A stretch of DNA of 64,000 nucleotides, taken from Candidatus Saccharimonadia bacterium. Lineage in GTDB: Bacteria; Patescibacteriota; Saccharimonadia; UBA4664. The position numbers were made by a program, and so were the translations under genes. Shown here piece after piece: positions 1 to 8,482 of this stretch (positions within the stretch are counted from its first letter, which is position 1; every line of letters starts with the position of its first letter). The stretch covers positions 3,298 through 67,297 of the forward strand of contig JBBRSS010000003.1 in NCBI GenBank assembly GCA_038245115.1, given 5' to 3'. A model generated the notes under the pieces. That model was not told where the DNA came from and searched no databases. It saw only the letters and a list, made by a program, of their open reading frames with translations.

Positions 1-435
1 ATCGAAGAGGTCGAAGAGCGAATTGCGCCACTTGATGCGATTTTTGTTGTGGGCGGTTACACCGACTACCTCATGCACGTATTCAACAAAACCGGCTTCT
101 CGAAGTTGCTTCCAAAATTATTGGAAACCAAGGTGTTTGTCGGCAGTAGCGCAGGCTCGATGGTCGCCGGTAAGCGCATAAGTACTGAGGCCTACCAAAG
201 AATCTACGGTGAACGCGGCGACTACGACATCACAGATTACTTAGGGCTTGTAAATTTGGCCATTAAGCCACATCTGGGCTCGCCTGAATTCCCGAACAAT
301 CTGCCCGAAGTACTGGAAGAGGTGGCGAGCGGCGCGGATTTCCCGGTGTATGGCCTGCGAGACGACAGCGCTATAGTGGTCGATGGCAACGAGCAGCGGT
401 TTATCGGTAGCCAACCCTATAAAGTCAAAGGCTAG
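1..435 (+). CDS. Peptidase S51 (dipeptidase E/cyanophycinase-like) family protein, 5'-truncated at window edge
   Basis: Frame-1 translation is open from nt 1; a GSSAGSM motif resembles the S51 catalytic Ser in GxSAG; the ORF continues from upstream of the window. Confidence 0.5.
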   Translation: MEEVEERIAPLDAIFVVGGYTDYLMHVFNKTGFSKLLPKLLETKVFVGSSAGSMVAGKRISTEAYQRIYGERGDYDITDYLGLVNLAIKPHLGSPEFPNNLPEVLEEVASGADFPVYGLRDDSAIVVDGNEQRFIGSQPYKVKG

Positions 436-642
436 GGCGGTATCGCTCCGCCGAAGCGCGATAAATCGAATCTCGAGCGTCCGGGAGCAGGAATCTGGGC
501 AAGCCAAACGATATCCTGAATGAAATTCACGGCGTTGGCTTAGCTTGTGCATCCTGAGTATTCATAACCTACGATTACTAATGGGCCAAACAAGCAGCCC
601 CTGCCGTATAATGTAATTATCTAACAGAGTACAACAACAGAT

Positions 643-2484
643 ATGAAACACGTCCTGCCCTGGCTGAAACAATATTGGGGACTTACGGCGTCCATAAGTG
701 TAACTATCGTCTGTGGGGTACTTTTTTTTGGCTTTGGCCAAACTAAAGCGGCCGATTTACTGACGCTCATATTTTGCGGCATTATGGCTGCATTTTTAAC
801 TGCGGGAATAGTAAAAACCCTGCGCGAAGGTAGTATGGGGGTCGACGTTTTGGCCGTCATGGCAATTATTTCCACGCTGGCAGTGGGGGAATATTGGGCC
901 AGTTTGATTATTGTGCTGATGATGACCAGCGGCGAGGCTCTCGAGAATTATGCCGAAAGTCGAGCTCGCAGTGAGCTTACCGCCCTGCTATCGCACGCCC
1001 CCCAGATCGCCCACAAAATAACCGGGGATACTGTAACTGACGTGCCCGTGAGCACGGTGGCGGTGGGGGATCTGCTACAGGTTAAGCCCGGCGATGTTGT
1101 CCCGGTCGATTCGGTGATTGTGACCGGCCAGTCGGCTTTCGACGAATCTAGTCTAACCGGCGAAAGTTTGCCAGTGGAAAAGAGTGTTAATGATCACCTC
1201 CTGAGCGGTTCGCTCAACGGCAACAGCGTGGTCACCGTGCGTGCTCTTTCCACGGCCCACGACAGCCAGTATGAACAGATTATTGAGCTCGTGAAGGCCG
1301 CCAGCGGCTCAAAATCGCACATGGTTCGGCTGGCTGATCGTTATGCGGTGCCGTTTACCGGGATCTCGTTATTCATCGCCGGCACGGCTTGGGCGGTGTC
1401 GGGCGATCCGCTGCGATTAGCGGAAGTGCTGGTGGTGGCAACCCCTTGCCCATTATTGCTGGGTGCCCCAATTGCGCTCATTTCTGGTATGAGCCGCGCC
1501 GCCAAACACGGTATTATTATGAAGAATGGCAGTGCTCTCGAAGCCCTTGCCCGCGTGCGCACAGTGGCCTTTGATAAAACCGGCACTCTCACTCTGGGCA
1601 AGCCCACGTTGCATAAGATTCATCCCGAGCCAGGCTATACCCAGCACCAATTGCTGCAGTACTCAGCTAGTCTCGAACAGCACTCTGGGCATGTTTTGGC
1701 AAATGCCTTGGTTGAAGCTGCACGTGAGCGGCACATCGAACTTCTCGAGGCTGCGTCGCTGCGCGAGGACACCGGCACGGGGATGTATGCGGTTATTGAC
1801 GGCCAGAGTGTCTTCGTAGGTAAATTCGCAGCCCTGGCAGTGCTAAACATCAAGCCCGTCTCAGCTGCTCCCGACCACACCGCGGTCGCAGTCGCTATCG
1901 ATGGTAAATTTGCCGGATCCATCGAATTTGCCGATGAAGCCCGCGCCAACACCCCGGCTACCCTCAAGTATTTGAATCGTCTCGGTATTTCGCACACCCT
2001 CATGCTCACCGGCGATAATGAGTTCACCGCTAAGCGTATTGGCGCTAATCTTGGTATTGCCGACGTGCGAGCCAATTGTTTGCCCGCCGACAAGCTGGCT
2101 GCCATAAATTCGCTTAGCGCGCAGTTTCTACCGGTGGCCATGGTGGGCGACGGCGTCAACGATGCCCCCGTGCTCGCCGCCGCCAGTGTCGGCATCGCTA
2201 TGGGCGCCAAGGGGTCCACGGCCGCCAGCGAATCGGCCGACGTGGTTATTATGCTCGACGACATCGCCAAGGTGGCCCACGCCATTGATATCTCCCGGCG
2301 AACCATTCATATTGCCCTTCAGAGCATTCTCATTGGCATCGCCATCAGTATCGGCCTCATGCTGCTCGCCAGTACCGGCGTTATACCGGCACCCGTGGGT
2401 GCCGGACTGCAAGAGATTGTCGACGTAATCGTAATTATTAACGCTCTGCGCGCCCACCGCGGTACACTAGCTACCGTTAATTGA
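643..2484 (+). CDS. Heavy-metal translocating P-type ATPase (P1B), lacks N-terminal metal-binding domain, TM motif PCP
   Basis: DKTGTLT phosphorylation motif, GDGVNDAP hinge, TGES actuator motif; ATPCPLLLGAP in place of the usual CPC segment; multiple TM helices; TATAAT at 607-612. Confidence 0.85.
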   Translation: MKHVLPWLKQYWGLTASISVTIVCGVLFFGFGQTKAADLLTLIFCGIMAAFLTAGIVKTLREGSMGVDVLAVMAIISTLAVGEYWASLIIVLMMTSGEALENYAESRARSELTALLSHAPQIAHKITGDTVTDVPVSTVAVGDLLQVKPGDVVPVDSVIVTGQSAFDESSLTGESLPVEKSVNDHLLSGSLNGNSVVTVRALSTAHDSQYEQIIELVKAASGSKSHMVRLADRYAVPFTGISLFIAGTAWAVSGDPLRLAEVLVVATPCPLLLGAPIALISGMSRAAKHGIIMKNGSALEALARVRTVAFDKTGTLTLGKPTLHKIHPEPGYTQHQLLQYSASLEQHSGHVLANALVEAARERHIELLEAASLREDTGTGMYAVIDGQSVFVGKFAALAVLNIKPVSAAPDHTAVAVAIDGKFAGSIEFADEARANTPATLKYLNRLGISHTLMLTGDNEFTAKRIGANLGIADVRANCLPADKLAAINSLSAQFLPVAMVGDGVNDAPVLAAASVGIAMGAKGSTAASESADVVIMLDDIAKVAHAIDISRRTIHIALQSILIGIAISIGLMLLASTGVIPAPVGAGLQEIVDVIVIINALRAHRGTLATVN

Positions 2485-2487
2485 TTA

Positions 2488-2524
2488 GTGGTCGCCCCCG
2501 TTATTAACTAACGGGGGCGACCAC
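2488..2524. terminator. Bidirectional hairpin between convergent ATPase and Clp_N genes
   Basis: Inverted repeat GTGGTCGCCCCCGTTA / TAACGGGGGCGACCAC with a 5-nt loop directly after the ATPase stop. Confidence 0.5.
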
Positions 2525-2551
2525 ATGGGCGATCTGGGTGAGGCGAGTAGC

Positions 2552-3022
2552 TCAAGCTGGGGCTCCGGACCTCGAGGTGAGATGGCCTGCCTTTATGAGC
2601 TGTTCGGCGGTGATTCGCAATTCCTCCACGCCGACGCCGATGCTCTCCAGTATCTTCAGGGCGCCGACATCGGCCTTGTCGATTGCCAGCAGAGCGAGTA
2701 GGAGATGCTCTGGCTCGACAGCTTGGCTGCCCATTTCGGCAGCCATGCTGTAGGCCAACTTGAACATCAACATGCAATCGTCGGTGAACCTGATGGTCTT
2801 GAAAGCAGCCGCCTCGTAGATGTCGTCGAGCCGTCTGTTCGCCGCAACGACGGGGTCGATGTAGACGTGTCGAGCCGCTAACGCGCGGCCCGCGAGCCCT
2901 TCATCGAAGATAAGAGCCAGCAGAATGTGCTTCGTGCCGACCTTTCTGTCGCCGCGTACGCGCGCCCAGCTTTGCGCCAGAGCAATCGTCTTTTCGGTTT
3001 CCTCCGACTGACCTTCGTGCAT
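2552..3022 (-). CDS. Stand-alone Clp N-terminal (Clp_N repeat) domain protein
   Basis: Two Clp_N-type repeats (HILLALIFDE..., EPEHLLLALLAID...) in 156 aa, with no AAA+ domain. Confidence 0.7.
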   Translation of the reverse strand: MHEGQSEETEKTIALAQSWARVRGDRKVGTKHILLALIFDEGLAGRALAARHVYIDPVVAANRRLDDIYEAAAFKTIRFTDDCMLMFKLAYSMAAEMGSQAVEPEHLLLALLAIDKADVGALKILESIGVGVEELRITAEQLIKAGHLTSRSGAPA

Positions 3023-3159
3023 TGGTGCCTCCCTGAGCTAGCAATGGGGGTGTGCAGTCTGCCGGTGGCAGCGCTTGGCATATTATGGCATCGATTATAC
3101 TCAGAATCAAGAATTATTTGTTTTATAGAGCACAACCCGTATAATTGAGCGGTTACCAC

Positions 3160-3233
3160 GGCACCTTGGCGGAGTGGTTACGTAACGGTCTGCAAAACCG
3201 TGTACACGGGTTCGAGTCCCGTAGGTGCCTCCA
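3160..3233 (+). tRNA. tRNA-Cys (GCA)
   Basis: Acceptor stem GGCACCT/AGGTGCC, anticodon loop cuGCAaa, T-arm GGTTCGAGTCC, encoded CCA; TATAAT at 3141-3146. Confidence 0.85.
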
Positions 3234-3271
3234 GTTTTTATATTTTTCGGGCTCCCACGGCCCGACACCCT

Positions 3272-3357
3272 GGGCGGGTGGTGGAATGGTATACACGGGG
3301 GACTTAAAATCCCCTGGCCTCACGGTCTTGCGGGTTCGATCCCCGCCCCGCCTACCA
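3272..3357 (+). tRNA. tRNA-Leu (TAA), type II with long variable arm
   Basis: Anticodon stem GGGGA/TCCCC with loop cuTAAaa, long variable arm, T-arm GGGTTCGATCCCC, ACCA end; 86 nt. Confidence 0.8.
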
Positions 3358-3365
3358 GCAATTAT

Positions 3366-4301
3366 TTATTTGCGCGGCTGTCGCAACTTTCTCAGGCGCC
3401 GCACAATACCCCAAACCGCCAATCCCAGCAGCAACACCAGCGTCCCGCATACAATGTAGAACGTTACTCGCGGCATCAGCAGCATCCAGGCCGACACCGT
3501 CTCTTCGCGGTCCATATACTTCACGTCGGCCGTCACTTTGTACAGACCAATCGGCGCCGAAGAGGGTAGTTTGAGGTCAAATCGACGCACCGTGCCCGGC
3601 AGCACGGCCCCCTTGAAGGGTATTGCCTGGCCAACTTTACCAAACGGGCTCGCTAGCTGCGCTGTGCCTTCGGCGATAAAGTGCGTATTGCCGTCGTTGC
3701 GCATCCGCAGAGTGCCTCGTACCGGCGCTACGGCTTGATACCATGGCACTTTCAACGATTCGATGCTGCCTTTGAGCTTGAGGTCACCATTAACCGTCAG
3801 GTAAAACAAGGTTCCGATTCGCTCTACTCGCGATACAAACGCCCCGCCCTTGCCTGGCGGTGGGACTGTTTCAATGAATACAGCGCCATAGTGCCCACCC
3901 ACCGCGGCGGTTGGTGGCACGTTGATGGTGTACGCGAACGAGCCTTGAGTTCGGGATTTGACCGTAAATGTCCCTACCGGCAGCGTAAACCAGGATACCG
4001 GCGATACGTCTGCCGCCTTGCGGGCGCTCGAGAAGTCACCGAGGTAAGATTCGTCGCTTACCCGGTAGTCAGAGGCAAATATTTTGTAATGGACATCATT
4101 TTCGCCATCATTAATGACGGTAATGTCGCCGTGGTAGGTGCCAGCGGTATCGACTTTCAGATCGAGGCTGGTCGGCGACACCCCGATGCCCTGGACCGCC
4201 CCGTGCGCTGCCATCGGTACAGCCAGGGCCAAAGCCAAAACTGCACCAACGCTCAGGCGCCGCCATGCTTGCCATATTCGGCGAAACCCAGGTTTAGTCA
4301 T
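3366..4301 (-). CDS. Cell-surface protein, DUF916/DUF3324-like (CscA-like), signal peptide plus C-terminal TM anchor
   Basis: N-terminal signal (ALALAVPMAAHG), beta-rich core (VSPTSLDLKV...ITVINDGENDVHYKIF) as in DUF916, C-terminal hydrophobic helix followed by an RRLRKLRQPRK tail. Confidence 0.45.
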   Translation of the reverse strand: MTKPGFRRIWQAWRRLSVGAVLALALAVPMAAHGAVQGIGVSPTSLDLKVDTAGTYHGDITVINDGENDVHYKIFASDYRVSDESYLGDFSSARKAADVSPVSWFTLPVGTFTVKSRTQGSFAYTINVPPTAAVGGHYGAVFIETVPPPGKGGAFVSRVERIGTLFYLTVNGDLKLKGSIESLKVPWYQAVAPVRGTLRMRNDGNTHFIAEGTAQLASPFGKVGQAIPFKGAVLPGTVRRFDLKLPSSAPIGLYKVTADVKYMDREETVSAWMLLMPRVTFYIVCGTLVLLLGLAVWGIVRRLRKLRQPRK

Positions 4302-4303
4302 AA

Positions 4304-4924
4304 TTAGTTCGTGGTTATGGTGTATGTGACGGTGGTCGAGTACGCACCGATGGGCTGCGAACTGTTCACCCTAGCACTATACCAGATGGTGGTGGAGGCC
4401 GAGCCGGTACTGGACGTGGTCTTTACGGTGTAGGGCGAGCCGTTGGCGGGAATTCCCGCGTAAATGATTGCGCTCGGTGCGGCGTTGGAGATTACGGCTC
4501 CGGGTCCGGCACCAAAACTGGCCAAACTGTCCACGCGCCAACCCCAACGATTGTTGGGCAGGGTAGCAGGAGCTGCCGGAGTACCGGCACTGGTAGCGAT
4601 GGTATTTGCACCTGCGACCATGTCGGTCACAGTCGGGCTGGTTTCTTTGAGGGTCACCGTAAAGCCGGCCGTATCGTTAGTGTCGGCCGTCACGGTGTCG
4701 CTATTGGTCGATTGCTTACCAGTAGCGTCAGGGGTGATTGCACCCAGGGTTACTGTCGGCCCCGAAGAATACGAAATAATTACCGGGTTCACGGTTAGGT
4801 TAATCGTTGTATCGGTGGTTTGAGTATCGGCAGCCACCGCGAACGGCAAAGTTAACGCCACCAGGTTTATACCTAGTATCGAGACCGCCAGCGATTTATT
4901 TCGCGTAAGCTTAAGCATTACCAC
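4304..4924 (-). CDS. Secreted Thr-rich protein, WxL-domain-like (CscB/C-like)
   Basis: Signal peptide, Thr/Ser-rich core, C-terminal W-containing motifs (NNRWGWRVD, TTIWYSARV, VTYTITTN) resembling the two WxL motifs; adjacent to the DUF916-like gene, stop/start 3 nt apart. Confidence 0.4.
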   Translation of the reverse strand: MVMLKLTRNKSLAVSILGINLVALTLPFAVAADTQTTDTTINLTVNPVIISYSSGPTVTLGAITPDATGKQSTNSDTVTADTNDTAGFTVTLKETSPTVTDMVAGANTIATSAGTPAAPATLPNNRWGWRVDSLASFGAGPGAVISNAAPSAIIYAGIPANGSPYTVKTTSSTGSASTTIWYSARVNSSQPIGAYSTTVTYTITTN

Positions 4925-5039
4925 AACAATACCCGTATCAGAAGCAGAATGTCAAATCAGTTATGCCCTTGCACCTTAACCATGCGGATATCCAAGCAAT
5001 TTGGTATACTAGTTACAACCAACAACAAGGACTATATAT

Positions 5040-5597
5040 ATGTCGTCAACAATTATTATTCTTATCGTCATTGCCGTCCTGGCGGGGGCGTTGATTGCGG
5101 TCTATAACGGCCTCATAAAATCTCGGGTCCGGGTCGACGAAGCTTGGAGCGATATTACTGTCCAGCTGAAGCGTCGTTACGACCTCATTCCTAACCTAGT
5201 TAGCACAGTGAAGGGCTACGCCGCTCACGAGTCCAAGGTGTTCCAGGCGGTCACCGAGGCTCGAACCCAGGCCATGAACGCTACCGGTATCGCCCAGAAG
5301 GCCGAGACCGAGAATATGCTGGCTGATACCCTCAAAAGCCTGTTCGCCGTGTCCGAGGCCTACCCCGACCTGAAGGCAAATCAGGGCTTTCAGCAGCTAC
5401 AAGCCGAAATTACCGATACCGAAGACAAAATCCAAGCTTCGCGCCGGTTCTACAACGGTAACGTACGAGATTACAACATTAAGCTCCAGGTCTTTCCTAC
5501 CAATCTGTTGGCTGGAATGCTCGGCTTTACTCACCGCGACTTTTTTGAAGTCGGCAATCAAGCCGAAGTTGAAAAGCCTGTCGAAGTTAAATTTTAA
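5040..5597 (+). CDS. lemA: LemA family protein
   Basis: N-terminal TM helix plus the conserved LemA core (KSRVRVDEAWSDITVQLKRRYDLIPNLV...). Confidence 0.85.
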   Translation: MSSTIIILIVIAVLAGALIAVYNGLIKSRVRVDEAWSDITVQLKRRYDLIPNLVSTVKGYAAHESKVFQAVTEARTQAMNATGIAQKAETENMLADTLKSLFAVSEAYPDLKANQGFQQLQAEITDTEDKIQASRRFYNGNVRDYNIKLQVFPTNLLAGMLGFTHRDFFEVGNQAEVEKPVEVKF

Positions 5598-5609
5598 GGA
5601 GCCAATTCA

Positions 5610-6167
5610 ATGACGCTCTCACAATACAGAAGTAGTAGCAGTTGGTTGGGAGCAATCGAGCTCGGTCCGGAACTGATGACCCTCGCCGAGGAACTTCCCG
5701 CCAGCGAAGAAATGGGCCTCAGCCTGCAGCTGCGGCAGTTAATGGTGAAGCTGCCCACGGCTATCGGTGCCGACCTAGTGCTGGGCACTACAACGCGCAA
5801 AACCATATGTTTTCGCCTCCAGGCTACACTTGAACTAATCGAGCGTGTCTATCCGGCTCTAGATACCGCCGGCGTGCGGGCCGATGCGGACAACCTAGTT
5901 GAACTTATGATGTCCGACGAGCAGTTTGCGGCCGAGCCGGAGCCAGAGCCTGCGGCGCCCGCCCCCGAGGCAGAGCCCCCCGAGGTGCCGACGCTCGAAC
6001 CTTCCGACACTCAGGTACTCCCAAGTGAACCTCAAATTGCCGCGCCGATTACTCTGCCGCCAACCGAGGTAGCCCCCTCGCCGGCAGCCGATACAATTCC
6101 GGTTCTTCCGACCGTCGATCAGATAGCGCCCACCTCCGTTCCCGTATCCACCGAACCTACCCCATAG
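5610..6167 (+). CDS. Hypothetical protein with Pro/Glu/Ala-rich C-terminal half
   Basis: ORF packed between lemA and htpX; low-complexity PEPEPAAPAPEAEPPE tail. Confidence 0.4.
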   Translation: MTLSQYRSSSSWLGAIELGPELMTLAEELPASEEMGLSLQLRQLMVKLPTAIGADLVLGTTTRKTICFRLQATLELIERVYPALDTAGVRADADNLVELMMSDEQFAAEPEPEPAAPAPEAEPPEVPTLEPSDTQVLPSEPQIAAPITLPPTEVAPSPAADTIPVLPTVDQIAPTSVPVSTEPTP

Positions 6168-6174
6168 GAGAAAC

Positions 6175-7056
6175 ATGTACACTCAGATTGCGTCCAATAA
6201 GCGCCGCAGCATCTATTTGCTGATATTCTTTGTGCTGTTTGTAGGCGGCCTCGATTATCTGCTATCGCGGGCTTTTCACCAGCCGGCCGCATTTGTCCCC
6301 ATCCTTATTATCGCGATCATCTACGCCGGCATTTCCTACTTTTTTTCGGCCAAGATCGCTCTTAGTATGAGCGGCGCCAAGGAAATCCAAAAAGCCGATG
6401 CCCCGGAGCTGTACCGAATTGTGGAAAACCTCTCGATTGCCGGCGGCCTGCCTATGCCCAAGGTCTATATTGTCGACGATGCTGCCCCTAATGCCTTCGC
6501 CACCGGTCGCGACCCTGAGCACGCCGTGGTGGCCGTTACCACCGGCATATTGCCGCTGCTGAGCAAGACCGAGCTTGAGGGCGTACTGGCTCACGAACTC
6601 AGCCACGTCGGTAACTATGATATTCGGTTTATGGCCCTGGTAGTCGCGCTTGTTTCGGTGGTCTCGCTGATTGCCGACTTATTGCTCCGGCTATCGTTTT
6701 GGGGCGGGGGAGACGATGAAGAGGGCGGTAATAACCAATTATTCCTTATTCTGAGTATTGCCGGCGCTATTTTGGCTCCCCTCGTTGCCGCTATGATTCA
6801 GTTTGCCGTTTCCCGCCAACGCGAATACCTGGCCGATTCCTCTGGAGCATTACTCACCCGCTACCCCGAAGGTTTGGCCAGCGCCCTCGAAAAAATTGGC
6901 GGCGCTGACCTGCCGATGAAGCACGCCAATTCGGCTACCGCCCCGCTGTATATCTCGAACCCTCTCAAGGGCCGCAGCTTCGCCGGCCTGTTCAACACCC
7001 ACCCGCCCATGGAAGAACGCATCCGCCGCTTAAGGGAAATGGAGTCCAAACAATGA
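6175..7056 (+). CDS. htpX: Zinc metalloprotease HtpX (M48)
   Basis: HELSHV zinc-binding motif, 4 TM segments, HtpX-like length. Confidence 0.9.
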   Translation: MYTQIASNKRRSIYLLIFFVLFVGGLDYLLSRAFHQPAAFVPILIIAIIYAGISYFFSAKIALSMSGAKEIQKADAPELYRIVENLSIAGGLPMPKVYIVDDAAPNAFATGRDPEHAVVAVTTGILPLLSKTELEGVLAHELSHVGNYDIRFMALVVALVSVVSLIADLLLRLSFWGGGDDEEGGNNQLFLILSIAGAILAPLVAAMIQFAVSRQREYLADSSGALLTRYPEGLASALEKIGGADLPMKHANSATAPLYISNPLKGRSFAGLFNTHPPMEERIRRLREMESKQ

Positions 7057-7841
7057 CCAAGCCAACTCACAAACACGACCTGCCCAGCGCCTGGATTCTC
7101 TGGCGTGCTTCCTGGAAAAATTTCCGGGTCTATTGGCTGCACTATGTCAAGGTTATGGCTGTGGTTTCCCTACCGATCAACCTCCTTGGTCTCTCTACTA
7201 GCCTCGCTACAGACGCCTCACTAAACGCCTACATCTCAATCGCCGCCATCCTCATGAACGTAGCGCTCATCTGGGCCATCTTCCAAATTGAAAAGACCGG
7301 CCAGGCCCCAAGGTTATCGTCGAGTTATTATGACGGTTCGGTAGCTATTGTTCGCTATCTTCTGGTCTCCATATCGCTGGTATTGATGCTGGTTCCGGCT
7401 GCCTTTGGCGCTGCCATTTATCTTTCCAGCATTCGTGCCATCGACACCGCTAGTTCCACCCCCGAGCAGCTTCTTATAGGCTTAGTTTGCGTCCTTATTG
7501 CTTTGCCCAGCGTTTGGTTGATTGTCCGCTTTGGCCTTGCGCCTATTGTTGCTATTGTTTACGGCCTAAGCCCGTTCGCCGCTCTGCGCTACGCCCGCAG
7601 TCTCACTCTTGGCCACTTCTGGCAGACCGCTGGTCGTTACGGCATGTTAGGCTTGGGCCTCATCGCCTTGGCCGTTCCCATTGCGCTTGCGACCGCCGGC
7701 TTGTCCTTGCTCAAGCTCGGACCCCTTGCCACACTCTTTGGTCAGCTCGCTACCACCTTTACCGCCCTGCCGTTAGCTAACATATATTTGCTTCACCTTT
7801 TGCGCGGTCTTGAGCACCAATCTGTCAGTCTTGACAAATAG
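7053..7841 (+). CDS. Polytopic membrane protein, unknown function
   Basis: ATGA overlap with the htpX stop (translational coupling); 6 or more hydrophobic helices. Confidence 0.5.
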   Translation: MTKPTHKHDLPSAWILWRASWKNFRVYWLHYVKVMAVVSLPINLLGLSTSLATDASLNAYISIAAILMNVALIWAIFQIEKTGQAPRLSSSYYDGSVAIVRYLLVSISLVLMLVPAAFGAAIYLSSIRAIDTASSTPEQLLIGLVCVLIALPSVWLIVRFGLAPIVAIVYGLSPFAALRYARSLTLGHFWQTAGRYGMLGLGLIALAVPIALATAGLSLLKLGPLATLFGQLATTFTALPLANIYLLHLLRGLEHQSVSLDK

Positions 7842-7914
7842 GCGTAAGTAATACATAATAGTATTCAGTCCTGGAACACTCCGTTCCAGGCCCCGGCCGA
7901 TAGGGGAAAGTGCC

Positions 7915-8352
7915 GTGTCCAAACAAACTGTTCCAGCCATCGTTCGCAAGTATGCCGATGATGTTGCGACCTTGATGCCAAGCGATGGCATGGTCGTCAA
8001 CCGCAAGACCTCCACCGAGCCCACCTTCCGGGCGCTAACCGAACGGGTCATCACCGAAGCCTTCCCGGATCGAGGTGGGGATACCGATGTTACTGAGTGT
8101 CTCGTATTCCTCGAGGGGCTTGGCTCCAGCGTAGCTGTCGGTTCCATCTGGGATTGGTTCGGCTTCGTCTATCGTGGTGGAAATACGTACCACGCAATTC
8201 GCGCGAACCTCGAGCGGTCTTTCCTCGCGACGACGGTCGAGGCTTTGCTGTATTGCGATCCGCAGTACGCAGATCTCCAAGACGCAAACGCCGAACGCTG
8301 TCGCCTCAACGCGAATCGCCTCAGCCTACCCGCGGACGTAGTCTACGCGTAG
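7915..8352 (+). CDS. Hypothetical protein
   Basis: GTG-initiated ORF with coding-like composition, followed by a strong hairpin. Confidence 0.35.
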   Translation: MSKQTVPAIVRKYADDVATLMPSDGMVVNRKTSTEPTFRALTERVITEAFPDRGGDTDVTECLVFLEGLGSSVAVGSIWDWFGFVYRGGNTYHAIRANLERSFLATTVEALLYCDPQYADLQDANAERCRLNANRLSLPADVVYA

Positions 8353-8376
8353 CTCCGGCGCCGTCCACCCCCAGCC

Positions 8377-8416
8377 CCCGATCTCACACTCACAGCGTTG
8401 TGGGTGTGAGATCGGG
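8377..8416 (+). terminator. Strong stem-loop (18-bp stem, 1 mismatch) downstream of the 7915-8352 ORF
   Basis: CCCGATCTCACACTCACA gcgt TGTGGGTGTGAGATCGGG. Confidence 0.4.
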
Positions 8417-8482
8417 CCAAGCCCGAGTTTTCAACTCCCGAGTTGACGCCTCAGGTTAGGTATTTCCGCTATAATAGTAGTT

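Noticed and set aside
1635-2306. 223-aa minus-strand ORF inside the P-type ATPase gene
   Set aside because: Antisense artefact; Ala/Ser-rich low complexity
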